Source: a virus. From it: a DNA stretch of 64,000 bases. Both the position numbers and the translations under genes were made by a program. Below the pieces are notes generated by a model. That model saw only the letters and a program-made list of their open reading frames with translations. It was not told where the DNA came from and did no database searches. The DNA lies in IMG/VR virus record IMGVR_UViG_3300042261_001309, positions 1 through 64,000 of that record. One strand, 5' to 3'. The stretch's first letter is position 1. Each line of letters starts with the position of its first letter. Below, in pieces: positions 1-8,816 of this stretch.

Positions 1-236
1 TATTTTTGGCATGACTTAATTCCCGTTTGTATTTATGTGCAATTTTGGTAAGCGTTGTTAAACAGCGTAAAATAAGTTGCAACTCTTGGGCATCTACAAA
101 TGACCGCATATTTTTAAAGTAAGCCACGCTGTCGCCGGAAATATTTTTTATATCTCGCAGCCAGGATGCAAATTCCTCTACAGCATTTGACCGAAGATAG
201 GCTAAGCGTTGTCTGTTTGGCGTAGGCTTTAACTTA

Positions 237-500
237 TTATAAAGGCCCGTAAGTCAACTCTCGCTGAGTCTCGGACTTAATTAATTCCATGACGTTGATT
301 ACACAAGTAACAAATTCACGCAATTCAACCATATTCTCAACTGACCACTGGCCGTCATGGAGACTTTTTATTGTAATCATACAGTTTCTGGCTGCTTTCA
401 GCTGAATTCTAAGCAGTAGTTTTATGTAGTTGCTTAAATCGTATTTGACCTCATCTATAGGATTCGGATTGAGATACGAAAATCTTCGTCTATTTGTCAT
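237..500 (-). CDS. Small hypothetical protein, array member
   Basis: 87-aa ORF; NRRRFSYLNPNPIDEV resembles NRQRLAYLRSNAVEEF in the adjacent open frame that runs off the left window end. Confidence 0.65.
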   Translation of the reverse strand: MTNRRRFSYLNPNPIDEVKYDLSNYIKLLLRIQLKAARNCMITIKSLHDGQWSVENMVELREFVTCVINVMELIKSETQRELTYGPL

Positions 501-642
501 AACAATTGTGTAAGAACATTAGGTTATAGCCTGAGTTCCGGTCCAAACAATCTAGATCTATATAATCGTCGGGCAGACATTGAAAAATCAATAACCTCAC
601 CGCTGATTTTTGCAAACCTATCGACAGCGTCATGCCAAGCTT

Positions 643-831
643 TTATGTTTTGTGTTGGCATAATACTTTTGTGATAAGCCTCGTGACAGTACCGATATCC
701 TCGCAATTTGTGTGATCTATCATATTTTTTAAATCCTCCTTGAGGAATCTTAAATCCAAAAAGCAATAATTCAACGTATACTGTATATCTTTGAGTTTAC
801 AGCGACAGTGGTAGATTTCACCTCTCTTCAT
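643..831 (-). CDS. Small hypothetical protein, array member
   Basis: 62 aa, overlaps the stop of the upstream gene, two amphipathic helices. Confidence 0.55.
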   Translation of the reverse strand: MKRGEIYHCRCKLKDIQYTLNYCFLDLRFLKEDLKNMIDHTNCEDIGTVTRLITKVLCQHKT

Positions 832-1021
832 TCATCCTCCAAGTTAGTAGATTTGCAAGGGTAACTGCTACTCTTTGTAATTCACAGCAATCCCCTAGAC
901 TTAACCTACCTCTTACCCTATGGGTATCTCCGTATAGATGTATTTTAAGTATAAAGGCTATAAACCGTAATTGCGCGGTTATAGCCTTTACGTGATCTTT
1001 CTTTTTCCTTAGTTGCTCCAC
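818..1021 (-). CDS. Small hypothetical protein, array member
   Basis: 67 aa, QLRFIAFILK...ELQRVAVTLANLL pattern, coupled to neighbours. Confidence 0.6.
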   Translation of the reverse strand: MEQLRKKKDHVKAITAQLRFIAFILKIHLYGDTHRVRGRLSLGDCCELQRVAVTLANLLTWRMNEER

Positions 1022-1287
1022 ATATTCGTAGTGGGTCGTTTTAACAATTTTTTAAGTGCTGCTTGCATGCCGGATAGATTTTCAACAGTTAGAACAGCTA
1101 GCAATGTCGGTTTATGTTTAACAGTATTTTTAATTATATCTATCGTGAATATTAAGCCTTCAAACATCGACCTTGTCTTTCTCTTAACTTCACGCCTACG
1201 GTACAGTTCGTCTGTTATTTTCTGATAGTACTTACGCAATTCAACGTAGGCTAAATCGTCGTAATAACTATCTTCGTAATGGAACAT
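1009..1287 (-). CDS. Small hypothetical protein
   Basis: 92-aa ORF overlapping both neighbours. Confidence 0.6.
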   Translation of the reverse strand: MFHYEDSYYDDLAYVELRKYYQKITDELYRRREVKRKTRSMFEGLIFTIDIIKNTVKHKPTLLAVLTVENLSGMQAALKKLLKRPTTNMWSN

Positions 1288-1504
1288 AGGGAGTATTCAA
1301 TAAACTCATGATAATACAATCTTGAACATGCCTAAATTGGCCGGCAATAAACTTAAACCTTTCTTCCCAAGGAGGAGTACCGTCGTGACCTAAATAGTAA
1401 AGTCCAGGCTTAGCGTGTATTTTAATATTTTTAACGTGCCTGACTAGACTAATCAGAGTTATATGCTGAGTAGCCCAATCGGCCGGATATTCTGCGCGTT
1501 CCAT
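1268..1504 (-). CDS. Small hypothetical protein
   Basis: 78-aa ORF in the coupled array. Confidence 0.55.
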   Translation of the reverse strand: MERAEYPADWATQHITLISLVRHVKNIKIHAKPGLYYLGHDGTPPWEERFKFIAGQFRHVQDCIIMSLLNTPYVPLRR

Positions 1505-1743
1505 AGCTTAAAATCAAAAACTCTTCAAACAGGGCCTTAATAACATCATACAATTCTCTTGAACAGCCATGAGCTGTCAGTTTATATATTTAAACCTCTC
1601 GAGCCAATGCCTTCGTAAAGACCAATTTGGTATGGGTTTAAACCCCGCGACCAGATGTACCTTAGTATGTCGTGCTGATTCTTCTAATGATTTAAACATA
1701 TGCTCCATTTGGTCAAACGCGAAGATATTGCTGATATTGCCGG

Positions 1744-1962
1744 CTAGAGTATAAGATGCCATATATCGCCCTTCAATAAATTGACACAGCAAGTTTGTAT
1801 TCCTTTAAGTTGAGGCCAAGCTCCTTCATGGTTGGCCGGCCAGTTGGAATATGAGGTTACGTGAAAATAGACATCCTTAGCGTAATGTCTTAATGTTTGC
1901 GTATGAAGGCGTAACCAGTAAATATATTCTCTAGTTATGGCAGGACTACTAGTGGTTGTCAT
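1744..1962 (-). CDS. Small hypothetical protein
   Basis: 72-aa ORF in the coupled array. Confidence 0.5.
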   Translation of the reverse strand: MTTTSSPAITREYIYWLRLHTQTLRHYAKDVYFHVTSYSNWPANHEGAWPQLKGIQTCCVNLLKGDIWHLIL

Positions 1963-2419
1963 TGTCTACCACAATGTGAGATTTAGGATTAAACAGGAAA
2001 TACCTGAGAGTTTCTTTATCTGCAAATAACTCCATATTTCTACCATTAGCGGCATTAGACTGGTGGTCAATATAAGCCTCTTCTCCTGTCTCTAGGTCAG
2101 GATCCATGTGCAGATGCCATTTAACTTTCTCTACCCCTAATTCCTCTTGAATTACTTCTTCCAGCATTTGCAACCATTGAGCAGCTTGGGCTGGATTAAC
2201 AATAGCCCTATATTGCGTCTGTAAATACGCGAATATCATTTTGGTACCCTCTTCATGGTGCTTTTTAGGTGTCCAACCAAACTCAAATCGACCGGTCCTG
2301 GAGTCCACCAAGTACATATAAGGGTTTGGCATTGTGGGCAGCTTCTCGTAATGTTCTTTAACAATTACGAGAAAACTAGCTGATGATGAGTTACTTACAA
2401 ATCCATTTCTTGTTTTCAT
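1949..2419 (-). CDS. FVSNSSS-motif protein 1 (hypothetical)
   Basis: N-terminus MKTRNGFVSNSSSASF, shared with 10893..11219 and 11984..12337; later YIDHQS segment. Confidence 0.8.
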   Translation of the reverse strand: MKTRNGFVSNSSSASFLVIVKEHYEKLPTMPNPYMYLVDSRTGRFEFGWTPKKHHEEGTKMIFAYLQTQYRAIVNPAQAAQWLQMLEEVIQEELGVEKVKWHLHMDPDLETGEEAYIDHQSNAANGRNMELFADKETLRYFLFNPKSHIVVDNDNH

Positions 2420-2434
2420 TTTTAAACATTAATA

Positions 2435-2596
2435 TCAATTTGATGATTGGATTAATTCCTTGGCGTATTTATGCACATACGTCAGATTTCTAGCAAGTGA
2501 CCAAGCAATGTGCGTAGACATTAATCTAGGCCAACTATATGCTTGCTTGGTCCATAACGCAAATTGCTGAATTAATAGTCTTTTTCTAGATATCAT
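2435..2596 (-). CDS. Small hypothetical protein, array member (53 aa, below ORF-track cutoff)
   Basis: Hand-translated MISRKRLLIQQFALWTKQAYSW...; shares ISRKRL with 4740..4970. Confidence 0.5.
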   Translation of the reverse strand: MISRKRLLIQQFALWTKQAYSWPRLMSTHIAWSLARNLTYVHKYAKELIQSSN

Positions 2597-2703
2597 TTTA
2601 ATTTACCCCCTAGATTGACCTTATAGGTTTCTAATACTTGTCTTACAGCTTTTGAGAAGATGGTTAAATTTTCAACACATACAGTGTACGTCTGTCATTT
2701 AAA

Positions 2704-2886
2704 TCAGTCATAGTTTAACACAGTTGTTAAATACCCTGCGTTTAAGCGCAGCCTGTAAGTTAGATACCACGGATCCATTAAACCCCATGCGTTATAATCA
2801 CTGGCGATTTTTATTTCTTCCTGCATAATATCCGCTATCTGAGATATTTTTGCCAGATTATCTTTAATTTCCTGTTTCACGGTCAA
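2704..2886 (-). CDS. Small hypothetical protein, array member
   Basis: EIKDNLAKISQIADIM N-terminal helix, similar to the neighbour RIKGNLWHFFLGTKAL. Confidence 0.6.
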   Translation of the reverse strand: MTVKQEIKDNLAKISQIADIMQEEIKIASDYNAWGLMDPWYLTYRLRLNAGYLTTVLNYD

Positions 2887-3082
2887 AATACCGCCTTTCG
2901 TCTTTGAGTGGATTTAATAAACCTGTAATATTACGGCGCAGTTCATTTATGATGGGGACATTGAAGCAGTCAAAACTGCCTAAGCGTAAACCAAACCAAC
3001 CTGTGGTTATTTCATCTTTCAAGGCTTTAGTACCCAGAAAGAAATGCCATAAATTACCTTTAATTCGTGCTTTCGGGCGCAT
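2864..3082 (-). CDS. Small hypothetical protein, array member
   Basis: 72 aa, IKGNL start, C-terminal helix NELRRNITGLL. Confidence 0.6.
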   Translation of the reverse strand: MRPKARIKGNLWHFFLGTKALKDEITTGWFGLRLGSFDCFNVPIINELRRNITGLLNPLKDERRYFDRETGN

Positions 3083-3216
3083 TTAGTATTTTTAATAATA
3101 GGGAAGTTGCCCTAATTAATTTAAGGATATCCTCCCGTTTGTGTTTATCTGACCATACACGGTTAAAATTTATACGCAAATGCAACATGTAACTAACCCA
3201 AACCAACCACTGCAGA

Positions 3217-3402
3217 TTATTCTTTAAATCGTGCATATTTCAATACCTGGGCAAGTCGATCTCGTACAGTCAGCAATAACCCACAGTTGTAACTGATCAT
3301 GGTTATATTACTGTAGCGCGCTACTGCAAATTTTAACCATCCAATATCAGAGTACAATAAAGATATATCTGCTTCTATTTGCTCAAGGACTGAATTATCC
3401 AT
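3217..3402 (-). CDS. Small hypothetical protein, array member
   Basis: LYSDIGWLK...NCGLLL...LAQVL resembles LYASIRVVK...SCSCLL...IAQVL in the sub-cutoff ORF at about 3547..3723. Confidence 0.6.
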   Translation of the reverse strand: MDNSVLEQIEADISLLYSDIGWLKFAVARYSNITMISYNCGLLLTVRDRLAQVLKYARFKE

Positions 3403-3566
3403 ATAGCCATCTCGTTTAATGTCGAAGCAATCGGACGATCGAAAGGCGTCCTATTTAATTTTAACGCCAAATTTATTTTGCGTTTACACCAATCCGAGTA
3501 TTGCGCTATAGCGTCTAAATCTACGTATAGCATATAATCAAATTTTTTAGTCATACGCTTTGGCAT
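3375..3566 (-). CDS. Small hypothetical protein, array member
   Basis: 63 aa, DLDAIAQYSDW...LNEMAIWIIQSL. Confidence 0.55.
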   Translation of the reverse strand: MPKRMTKKFDYMLYVDLDAIAQYSDWCKRKINLALKLNRTPFDRPIASTLNEMAIWIIQSLSK

Positions 3567-3719
3567 GTTTTCTAATAAGTAAAACCTGTGCTATGGATTG
3601 TGCATTTAATAAGCATGAACAGCTAAAGGCAGTTTTTGGGCTTTTGCTATGTTCCTTCACCACCCGAATACTTGCATATAAGTACTTGAGCATGTAACGA
3701 TTATCTGAGATTGTGTCGT

Positions 3720-3959
3720 TCATCTAATTTTCAGTAATAGCTGCTCTAGTTTATATACTGCGTTGTTAACGGCTATAGCTCCCACACCGTAAGCAGTATT
3801 TATGTTTAGATCTTCTAGACGTTTAAGCCCAACTACAGACAATTTAAACGTCTCTATCATGCCTTTAATAACACTAATGCGCAGCCTCCGTTCAATAGAT
3901 TCTCGACCTTTTTTAGTCCTTATCTTAGCCTTAAATTGGGCATAAGTTAAAGTTCTCAT
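3720..3959 (-). CDS. Small hypothetical protein
   Basis: 79 aa, ATGA-coupled on both sides. Confidence 0.6.
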   Translation of the reverse strand: MRTLTYAQFKAKIRTKKGRESIERRLRISVIKGMIETFKLSVVGLKRLEDLNINTAYGVGAIAVNNAVYKLEQLLLKIR

Positions 3960-4165
3960 GAATTCTCGGCTACCGCGATAACGTGGCGGCAGTCATAATT
4001 AATTCTTCGTAAAGTAAATATATCCCATTTGCCTATGTGGCTAAATACGTGTAGATTACGCTTGTGATACGCCAAGGTCTCCAAGTTGGCGAGTATTTCT
4101 TTAAATCTACCTCGATACCACGTGAATTGACCCATCGACACTTTATGCTGGCTGTCAGTAACCAT
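3956..4165 (-). CDS. Small hypothetical protein
   Basis: 69 aa, coupled. Confidence 0.5.
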   Translation of the reverse strand: MVTDSQHKVSMGQFTWYRGRFKEILANLETLAYHKRNLHVFSHIGKWDIFTLRRINYDCRHVIAVAENS

Positions 4166-4362
4166 TTTTCAGTACGTCCTTTAATAAGTCGGTTTAGATT
4201 TCTTATCTCTCATGGTTTAATATTTTCACCAACAAGGCGGTTACACGCCCAAGCCTGATTACTAAGCAGTCTTGCTGTATAATGAATGGCAAAGGATAAT
4301 AGATTTGGTGGAAGGTGTAAGCTTCTGTAAAAAACCTATTCACATAGTGGCTTAACTTTTTA

Positions 4363-4554
4363 TTAGCGACTGCGATTATCATAGTTCAGTCGGAATCTAA
4401 TTATTTTAGTCATATCGTGGAGCCATCTCATAGGTGCCAGGCCTAAAGATACTGCGCGATGTCTACTAATACGCCAATGATACTTTAAGTCAGTACTGAC
4501 GGCATAAACACACCTTAATTCCAGTCGGTATTGTGCTTTAATTGGGTTAGACAT
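4363..4554 (-). CDS. Small hypothetical protein, array member
   Basis: ELRCVYAVSTDLKYHW...WLHDMTKII resembles 4547..4759 and 5599..6039. Confidence 0.6.
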   Translation of the reverse strand: MSNPIKAQYRLELRCVYAVSTDLKYHWRISRHRAVSLGLAPMRWLHDMTKIIRFRLNYDNRSR

Positions 4555-4759
4555 TTGATTTTAAAGTAGCAATTGTTTGATCTTTTAAGTCTAATAGCTT
4601 GCTTAATACACCTCGCGATATTTCTCTAGGTAAATTAAAGCGGTAATGCCAATAATTTTTTAGCCCACGAGAACAAAAAAGGATAAAGCTTAAATCTGAC
4701 TTCCAATCAACTATACGCTCGTGCTTAAAGGTCATTACATTATTTTTTGAGTAATTCAC
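4547..4759 (-). CDS. Small hypothetical protein, array member
   Basis: Clear paralog of the N-terminal half of 5599..6039. Confidence 0.7.
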   Translation of the reverse strand: MNYSKNNVMTFKHERIVDWKSDLSFILFCSRGLKNYWHYRFNLPREISRGVLSKLLDLKDQTIATLKSNV

Positions 4760-4970
4760 ACAGATTACAGATTAATTGCCTAGTCTGACAGATTCCAAAC
4801 CACAGTGTTGTAAAGTTGTTGTCGGCTAGTTTTTCCATTTTGGTTAATTTTTTAATCGTTTTGCATAAGCCGACAGTAAGCGTGAGTACTAGCCGTTTAC
4901 GACTTATAACGTATCCAGCTGCTGGTAAAGAACTAAGCAGCCTCGATTCCGAAGAATGGTTTTGATTCAT
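4740..4970 (-). CDS. Small hypothetical protein, array member
   Basis: 76 aa, ISRKRL motif. Confidence 0.55.
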   Translation of the reverse strand: MNQNHSSESRLLSSLPAAGYVISRKRLVLTLTVGLCKTIKKLTKMEKLADNNFTTLWFGICQTRQLICNLCELLKK

Positions 4971-5029
4971 TTAATTTATTTGGGTTATTTCCATCACGCA
5001 TTTCAAGCAACTTGTGACGTAGTTACCGG

Positions 5030-5251
5030 CTATAACGTTCTTCGGTCATAAACGTCCGATAACAAGTCAATTAAGCGAAGTAGAATATCATACAAATAAT
5101 CTATAAGGTCGGAATTTCCCCTCATTCTAGGGTTAATTCGTTCAGTTAATCTTCGTAGCGTAAAAGCGGAATGCCGTAATTCCACCAAGTCTATATAAGG
5201 CCGATAGTGTTTTATTTGCATAACAACTGGTGCAATCTGAAAGCTGTGCAA
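5030..5251 (-). CDS. Small hypothetical protein, array member
   Basis: DLVELRHSAFTLRRL...YLYDILLRLIDLL. Confidence 0.55.
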   Translation of the reverse strand: MHSFQIAPVVMQIKHYRPYIDLVELRHSAFTLRRLTERINPRMRGNSDLIDYLYDILLRLIDLLSDVYDRRTL

Positions 5252-5395
5252 TTTAATTCATATATTAATTTCTTACCCATAGGTTTGGAATGTGGCGATC
5301 GTACAGTAGCTAGGCATTCAATAGCTAAAAATTTAATGTAGCCGATATCTGATTGGACCATTCTTTTATAGCTCAATGATCGAAAGTCGCAGGCT

Positions 5396-5602
5396 TTAGT
5401 GTTGAGGTTCATCGTGCAATCTAGACATAAATTCGTCCAACAATTGGTGAGTCCATGCGGCCATATTTCTAGTAAGCTGCCTTGCTGGTCGAGTAGGATA
5501 ATGTCCTTGGTCATTCCATTGTGACCTAACCAAGCTGGAAACAAACGCAATACTCTTTAAGACTACTCGTTGCCTATATATGTGTATCTTGGTTGTATTC
5601 AC
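5396..5602 (-). CDS. Small hypothetical protein, array member
   Basis: LKSIAFVSSLVRSQW...LTRNMAAWTHQLL, GTGA-coupled. Confidence 0.55.
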   Translation of the reverse strand: MNTTKIHIYRQRVVLKSIAFVSSLVRSQWNDQGHYPTRPARQLTRNMAAWTHQLLDEFMSRLHDEPQH

Positions 5603-6039
5603 TTGTAGGGTTGATAGGTGAAATCGTCTAAAATGTATCTAAGTTCGCTTGCTTGGCTTTCTAACTTTACCGTTAAAGATTTATCGAATATTGCGTAGCT
5701 TTTCCACATCCAGCTTATCAAATGTACAGCATGAATAAGGTGTTGTAGGTCTATTTCCTGACTTTCTATCAAGTCTTTATCTCGCATAACAGGTAATGTA
5801 ATTTTTTTTAAAATCATTCTTAGCTCAATTGCATAAACTTTGGCTTTAAATGTGTAAGCCGCTAAAATATATTTAGTTTGGTCCGTCATGTCTAATAACC
5901 GATTTAAGACACCTCGAGTCAAACAAGTTCGAAAATGATGATTAAGGTACCAGAAAGCACTAACTGACCGAACGCAACTTAATATAAACCGTAAGTCGTC
6001 GATTAACCTATATATTATTTGTTGTTTATCGTTTTTCAT
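5599..6039 (-). CDS. Hypothetical protein, fused double unit of the array family
   Basis: Two copies of the pattern: DLRFILSCVRSVSAFW and DLQHLIHAVHLISWMW, each followed by a helix ending KYIL/RYIL. Confidence 0.65.
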   Translation of the reverse strand: MKNDKQQIIYRLIDDLRFILSCVRSVSAFWYLNHHFRTCLTRGVLNRLLDMTDQTKYILAAYTFKAKVYAIELRMILKKITLPVMRDKDLIESQEIDLQHLIHAVHLISWMWKSYAIFDKSLTVKLESQASELRYILDDFTYQPYK

Positions 6040-6235
6040 TTATGCTGGCGTAATTGAATGCTAAATTTATAATTCTTAACGTACGACGTAAAAAGAATAC
6101 TGTGTTATATCCATGCTTAGCGTAACAGGCTTCATGCGGCCACGCCGCTTTCAGCTTTTTTGTACTTATCTTCATTAGAAATAATTCATATTTGATACTC
6201 CCAGAATTAATTCTGGGATTCTGGTTATTTTGCAT
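6026..6235 (-). CDS. Small hypothetical protein, array member
   Basis: IKYELFLMKISTKKLKAAW pattern. Confidence 0.6.
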   Translation of the reverse strand: MQNNQNPRINSGSIKYELFLMKISTKKLKAAWPHEACYAKHGYNTVFFLRRTLRIINLAFNYASINEKR

Positions 6236-6354
6236 CTTTTAAAAAATTACAGAGTTTTTGCAGCATAATCCGTAGTTCTCCGACTTTCACTCGTTTCTCA
6301 GGTGTAAATTCAGCTAGGCTATACTTAGCTTGAATTCTTATTGATCTAAGCCTA

Positions 6355-6561
6355 CGTGCCGCAAACTCTACCGATCTTTGTTGTGCATTCATGTTCAGTG
6401 TAATTCAGTAATTCAATTACTCCTATTGCGATCATGTCTAAATAAACCATTATACTCTAACTACTCAACCCTGGGCGCGTCAATTGATTAGTACAAGATT
6501 TAATCATTGTCAGCTTAAATCGAATTAACACTTCGGCTTCTTCTTTACGACGATCTTCCAT
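6355..6561 (-). pseudogene. Array member interrupted by an in-frame TAG
   Basis: MEDRRKEEAEVLIRFKLTMIKSCTNQLTRPGLSS*SIMVYLDMIAIGVIELLNY; the TAG at 6457-6459 splits helix 1 from helix 2; left coordinate approximate. Confidence 0.45.
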
Positions 6562-6874
6562 ATATCTCCAATTGTTACCTGAATCCGCTGTAAATCAAAT
6601 AGCACTGGATAATCTCGCTATACGTCTAAATACAAAAGTACTTCAATCGCCCAGCTAGATACATGAGCGACTGAAGTATTGATCTTATTTGTCTGCTGGC
6701 CTTAGTTGATTTCAAGGCCGAATAACTTTCTAAGCTCCATCGGATCTATTTGATCCTTTGGAATGGCCACCTTCACATAGAATATGTCCCCCTTCGGGGT
6801 GTCAAATTCCATGTAATAGTTTATATGGTAATGTTGCTTGAGTTTTTCAATCCAAGCTAAAGGGGACTCATTTG

Positions 6875-7204
6875 TCATATTGGGTATTCCTCAATTGTCT
6901 TCGGTTTAACTTTCCTGGCCGTCCAAGGTTGACAACCACCATCCCATCCAGGAGGCAGCTCGGATAGGCCATTAATTACGCTGCAATGAACTACCGGCGG
7001 TTCATCCAATTGATTGATGATTTCATCCCTGTTTCTATTGAAAGCAGCCCTGGCTGTTTCTACGTGCTTAGCTGGCTTATCGGATCCCTCACACACAATT
7101 TCCGTGTAGAAGGATATTTTAACTCTTAGTAACGGTTTTTTATTCTTCATCTTTAAATACGGTTGGTTTAACAACGTAAGGAATACGAATAATTCTCGAG
7201 TCAA
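6875..7204 (-). CDS. Hypothetical phage protein (real start probably the internal Met, MKNKK)
   Basis: ORF track; C-terminal LPPGWDGGCQPW motif. Confidence 0.55.
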   Translation of the reverse strand: MTRELFVFLTLLNQPYLKMKNKKPLLRVKISFYTEIVCEGSDKPAKHVETARAAFNRNRDEIINQLDEPPVVHCSVINGLSELPPGWDGGCQPWTARKVKPKTIEEYPI

Positions 7205-7412
7205 TATAACCCATCAAATAAGGCTTATTTACTGATACATCTAAATAATTAAACTTAGTACCTTTTTTAATTGATCCGAATTTCTCCGTAAATATTACGT
7301 TGTAGTATTTAGCTCTAAGTACTTGCTTGGTTATGCCAGGTATTCCCTCAATTAAACCTTGATAGCTAAACGGAAACACCTCGTGGTTATAAGTTAGTTC
7401 AGTTTTGTTCAC
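7140..7412 (-). CDS. Hypothetical protein
   Basis: 90-aa ORF, coupled. Confidence 0.6.
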   Translation of the reverse strand: MNKTELTYNHEVFPFSYQGLIEGIPGITKQVLRAKYYNVIFTEKFGSIKKGTKFNYLDVSVNKPYLMGYIDSRIIRIPYVVKPTVFKDEE

Positions 7413-7968
7413 AATTAACTAGGTCAACGGTCATCGTGTCATCTGGATTTGATGTTTCCTTAAGCTCGTGAGTTATCTTGGCCACATAGATTTGGTCAAA
7501 ATCAGGCCATTCACCACGATCACAAGCTATTCGCCACAGCTCATGTAGGCTTTCCTCTGCTGACTTTATTGCTTCTTCCTCGGTATTATAAAAGTCAGTA
7601 GTGTTGTTATTTTCATCCCGCACCATCCATTGTTCATTTTTCTTCTTTGCTGGTGCGGGAATTGCGGCGATTGCCTGCTGCTTAAGCTGTGCTATTTGAT
7701 CCCGGCAATAAGCTTCCGAACAATTTACACTATCATCACCAAAATGGCTGGTATCAAACCCCAACCACCAAAAACCATCAGGTGAATGATTTCCTACGTG
7801 ATCGGCAGCCCAAGTAATTCCTCTATGCACCGTTACATCCGGCAGACTATTGTAATCTTTCCCAAACCACGGATGAGTCGCAGGAACCCCAATATATCCA
7901 CAACCAAAGCCATGCTCACAATCTGACGGCAGCCAATCAGTAATTACTAACTTAGTTTTTATTTCCAT
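7399..7968 (-). CDS. Conserved-type phage hypothetical, two domains
   Basis: CGYIGVPATHPWFGKDY...VHRGITW...WWLGFDTSH, a pattern I recall from phage hypotheticals; acidic second domain. Confidence 0.7.
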   Translation of the reverse strand: MEIKTKLVITDWLPSDCEHGFGCGYIGVPATHPWFGKDYNSLPDVTVHRGITWAADHVGNHSPDGFWWLGFDTSHFGDDSVNCSEAYCRDQIAQLKQQAIAAIPAPAKKKNEQWMVRDENNNTTDFYNTEEEAIKSAEESLHELWRIACDRGEWPDFDQIYVAKITHELKETSNPDDTMTVDLVNCEQN

Positions 7969-7982
7969 ATTTACAGTTAATT

Positions 7983-8063
7983 TGGTGGGCCTGGTCGGAA
8001 TTGAACCGACAATCTCGACGCTTATGAGGCGTGTGTTTTAAGTCCAATTTAAACTACAGGCCC
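7983..8063 (-). tRNA. tRNA with CAT anticodon, probably tRNA-Ile2 (lysidine type) rather than Met
   Basis: Reverse complement GGGCCTG-TA-GTTT..AAAC-A-CACGC-CTCATAA-GCGT..GTCGG-TTCAATT-CCGAC-CAGGCCC-A-CCA; encoded CCA; C4-G69 and C5-G68 pairs. Confidence 0.9.
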
Positions 8064-8339
8064 GATTGATTATTTAACGTTGGGTCTTAATCCACCGCCA
8101 GAGAGGCGCATCTTTGCCTCTCTTTATTATCTTCTTTAAAACCCACAGCTTCCAACCGGTGGCTTCGTGAGGCTGCGGATTTTGCACGGTGTAGTTGTGC
8201 CGATGGTAACCCAGAATTATCTGCACAATCTTTTTCCAAACCGGCAGTGGGTCAAGATAGGCATTGCATCAACAATATTTAGTCACCCGACCAAACAGGT
8301 AGAGATTATCACAGCAACCGTTGAATATCTTCATATCTT

Positions 8340-8816
8340 TTATTCCGGGAACATTTCGTTGGTTAATCTAACTATACGTTTATTTGGCAATGCGAATGGC
8401 GCTATCTGCATTACCAGCTCCATTGCTTCCTTAGACCCCAATCCACGTGCTCGCAGTATAGCATAACCTATTGCTGGGCTTCTACTTATACCCGCGTGAC
8501 AATGGATAATGTTTACTGGATGTTCTTTATCGAAGTTAATGGTGGTTTCAATATGCTCTTTTTCAGGATAAACCAAGCCACGTTCTTTTAGAGCTGCATC
8601 AAATGCTTCTATGTGGCTATCGTCGATGTCATCAATTGGTAAATGCAAATGATGCTGACACATATGCGGATCAATAAAATGCGTTCGTTCAACAGATATA
8701 ACGTTGTAGCGATAAGCACTTTCTACCAGCATGTTAGCTGTGTAGTATGGGAAGATATAAAACAGCCTGTTTTTAAATGGATTAGAGTTCTCGGTTGTGT
8801 TGACTGGCGTAGTCAT
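8340..8816 (-). CDS. Protein-tyrosine/dual-specificity phosphatase-like (CX5R)
   Basis: IHCHAGISRS active-site signature; upstream acidic loop (IDD) and C-terminal PN motif. Confidence 0.85.
   Translation of the reverse strand: MTTPVNTTENSNPFKNRLFYIFPYYTANMLVESAYRYNVISVERTHFIDPHMCQHHLHLPIDDIDDSHIEAFDAALKERGLVYPEKEHIETTINFDKEHPVNIIHCHAGISRSPAIGYAILRARGLGSKEAMELVMQIAPFALPNKRIVRLTNEMFPE

Larger units (their letters stand above)
1..6715 (-). repeat. Tandem array of short (about 45-90 aa, one 146-aa double unit) divergent paralogous helical-hairpin protein genes
   Basis: More than 25 consecutive minus-strand ORFs, mostly with overlapping stop/start codons. Pairwise similarities visible by eye, e.g. 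DLSFILFCSRGL..W..SRGVLSKLLDLKDQT (4547..4759) vs DLRFILSCVRSV..W..TRGVLNRLLDMTDQT (5599..6039); ISRKRL in 2435..2596 and 4740..4970; IKDNL/IKGNL/LKNNL starts. One unrelated gene (1949..2419) interrupts the array. Confidence 0.7.

Noticed and set aside
1-7000. Stop-codon recoding as the cause of the many short ORFs
   Set aside because: Adjacent ORFs are in different frames with coupled overlaps, all three stops terminate genes, the premature stops are of different types, and long core genes are intact in code 11
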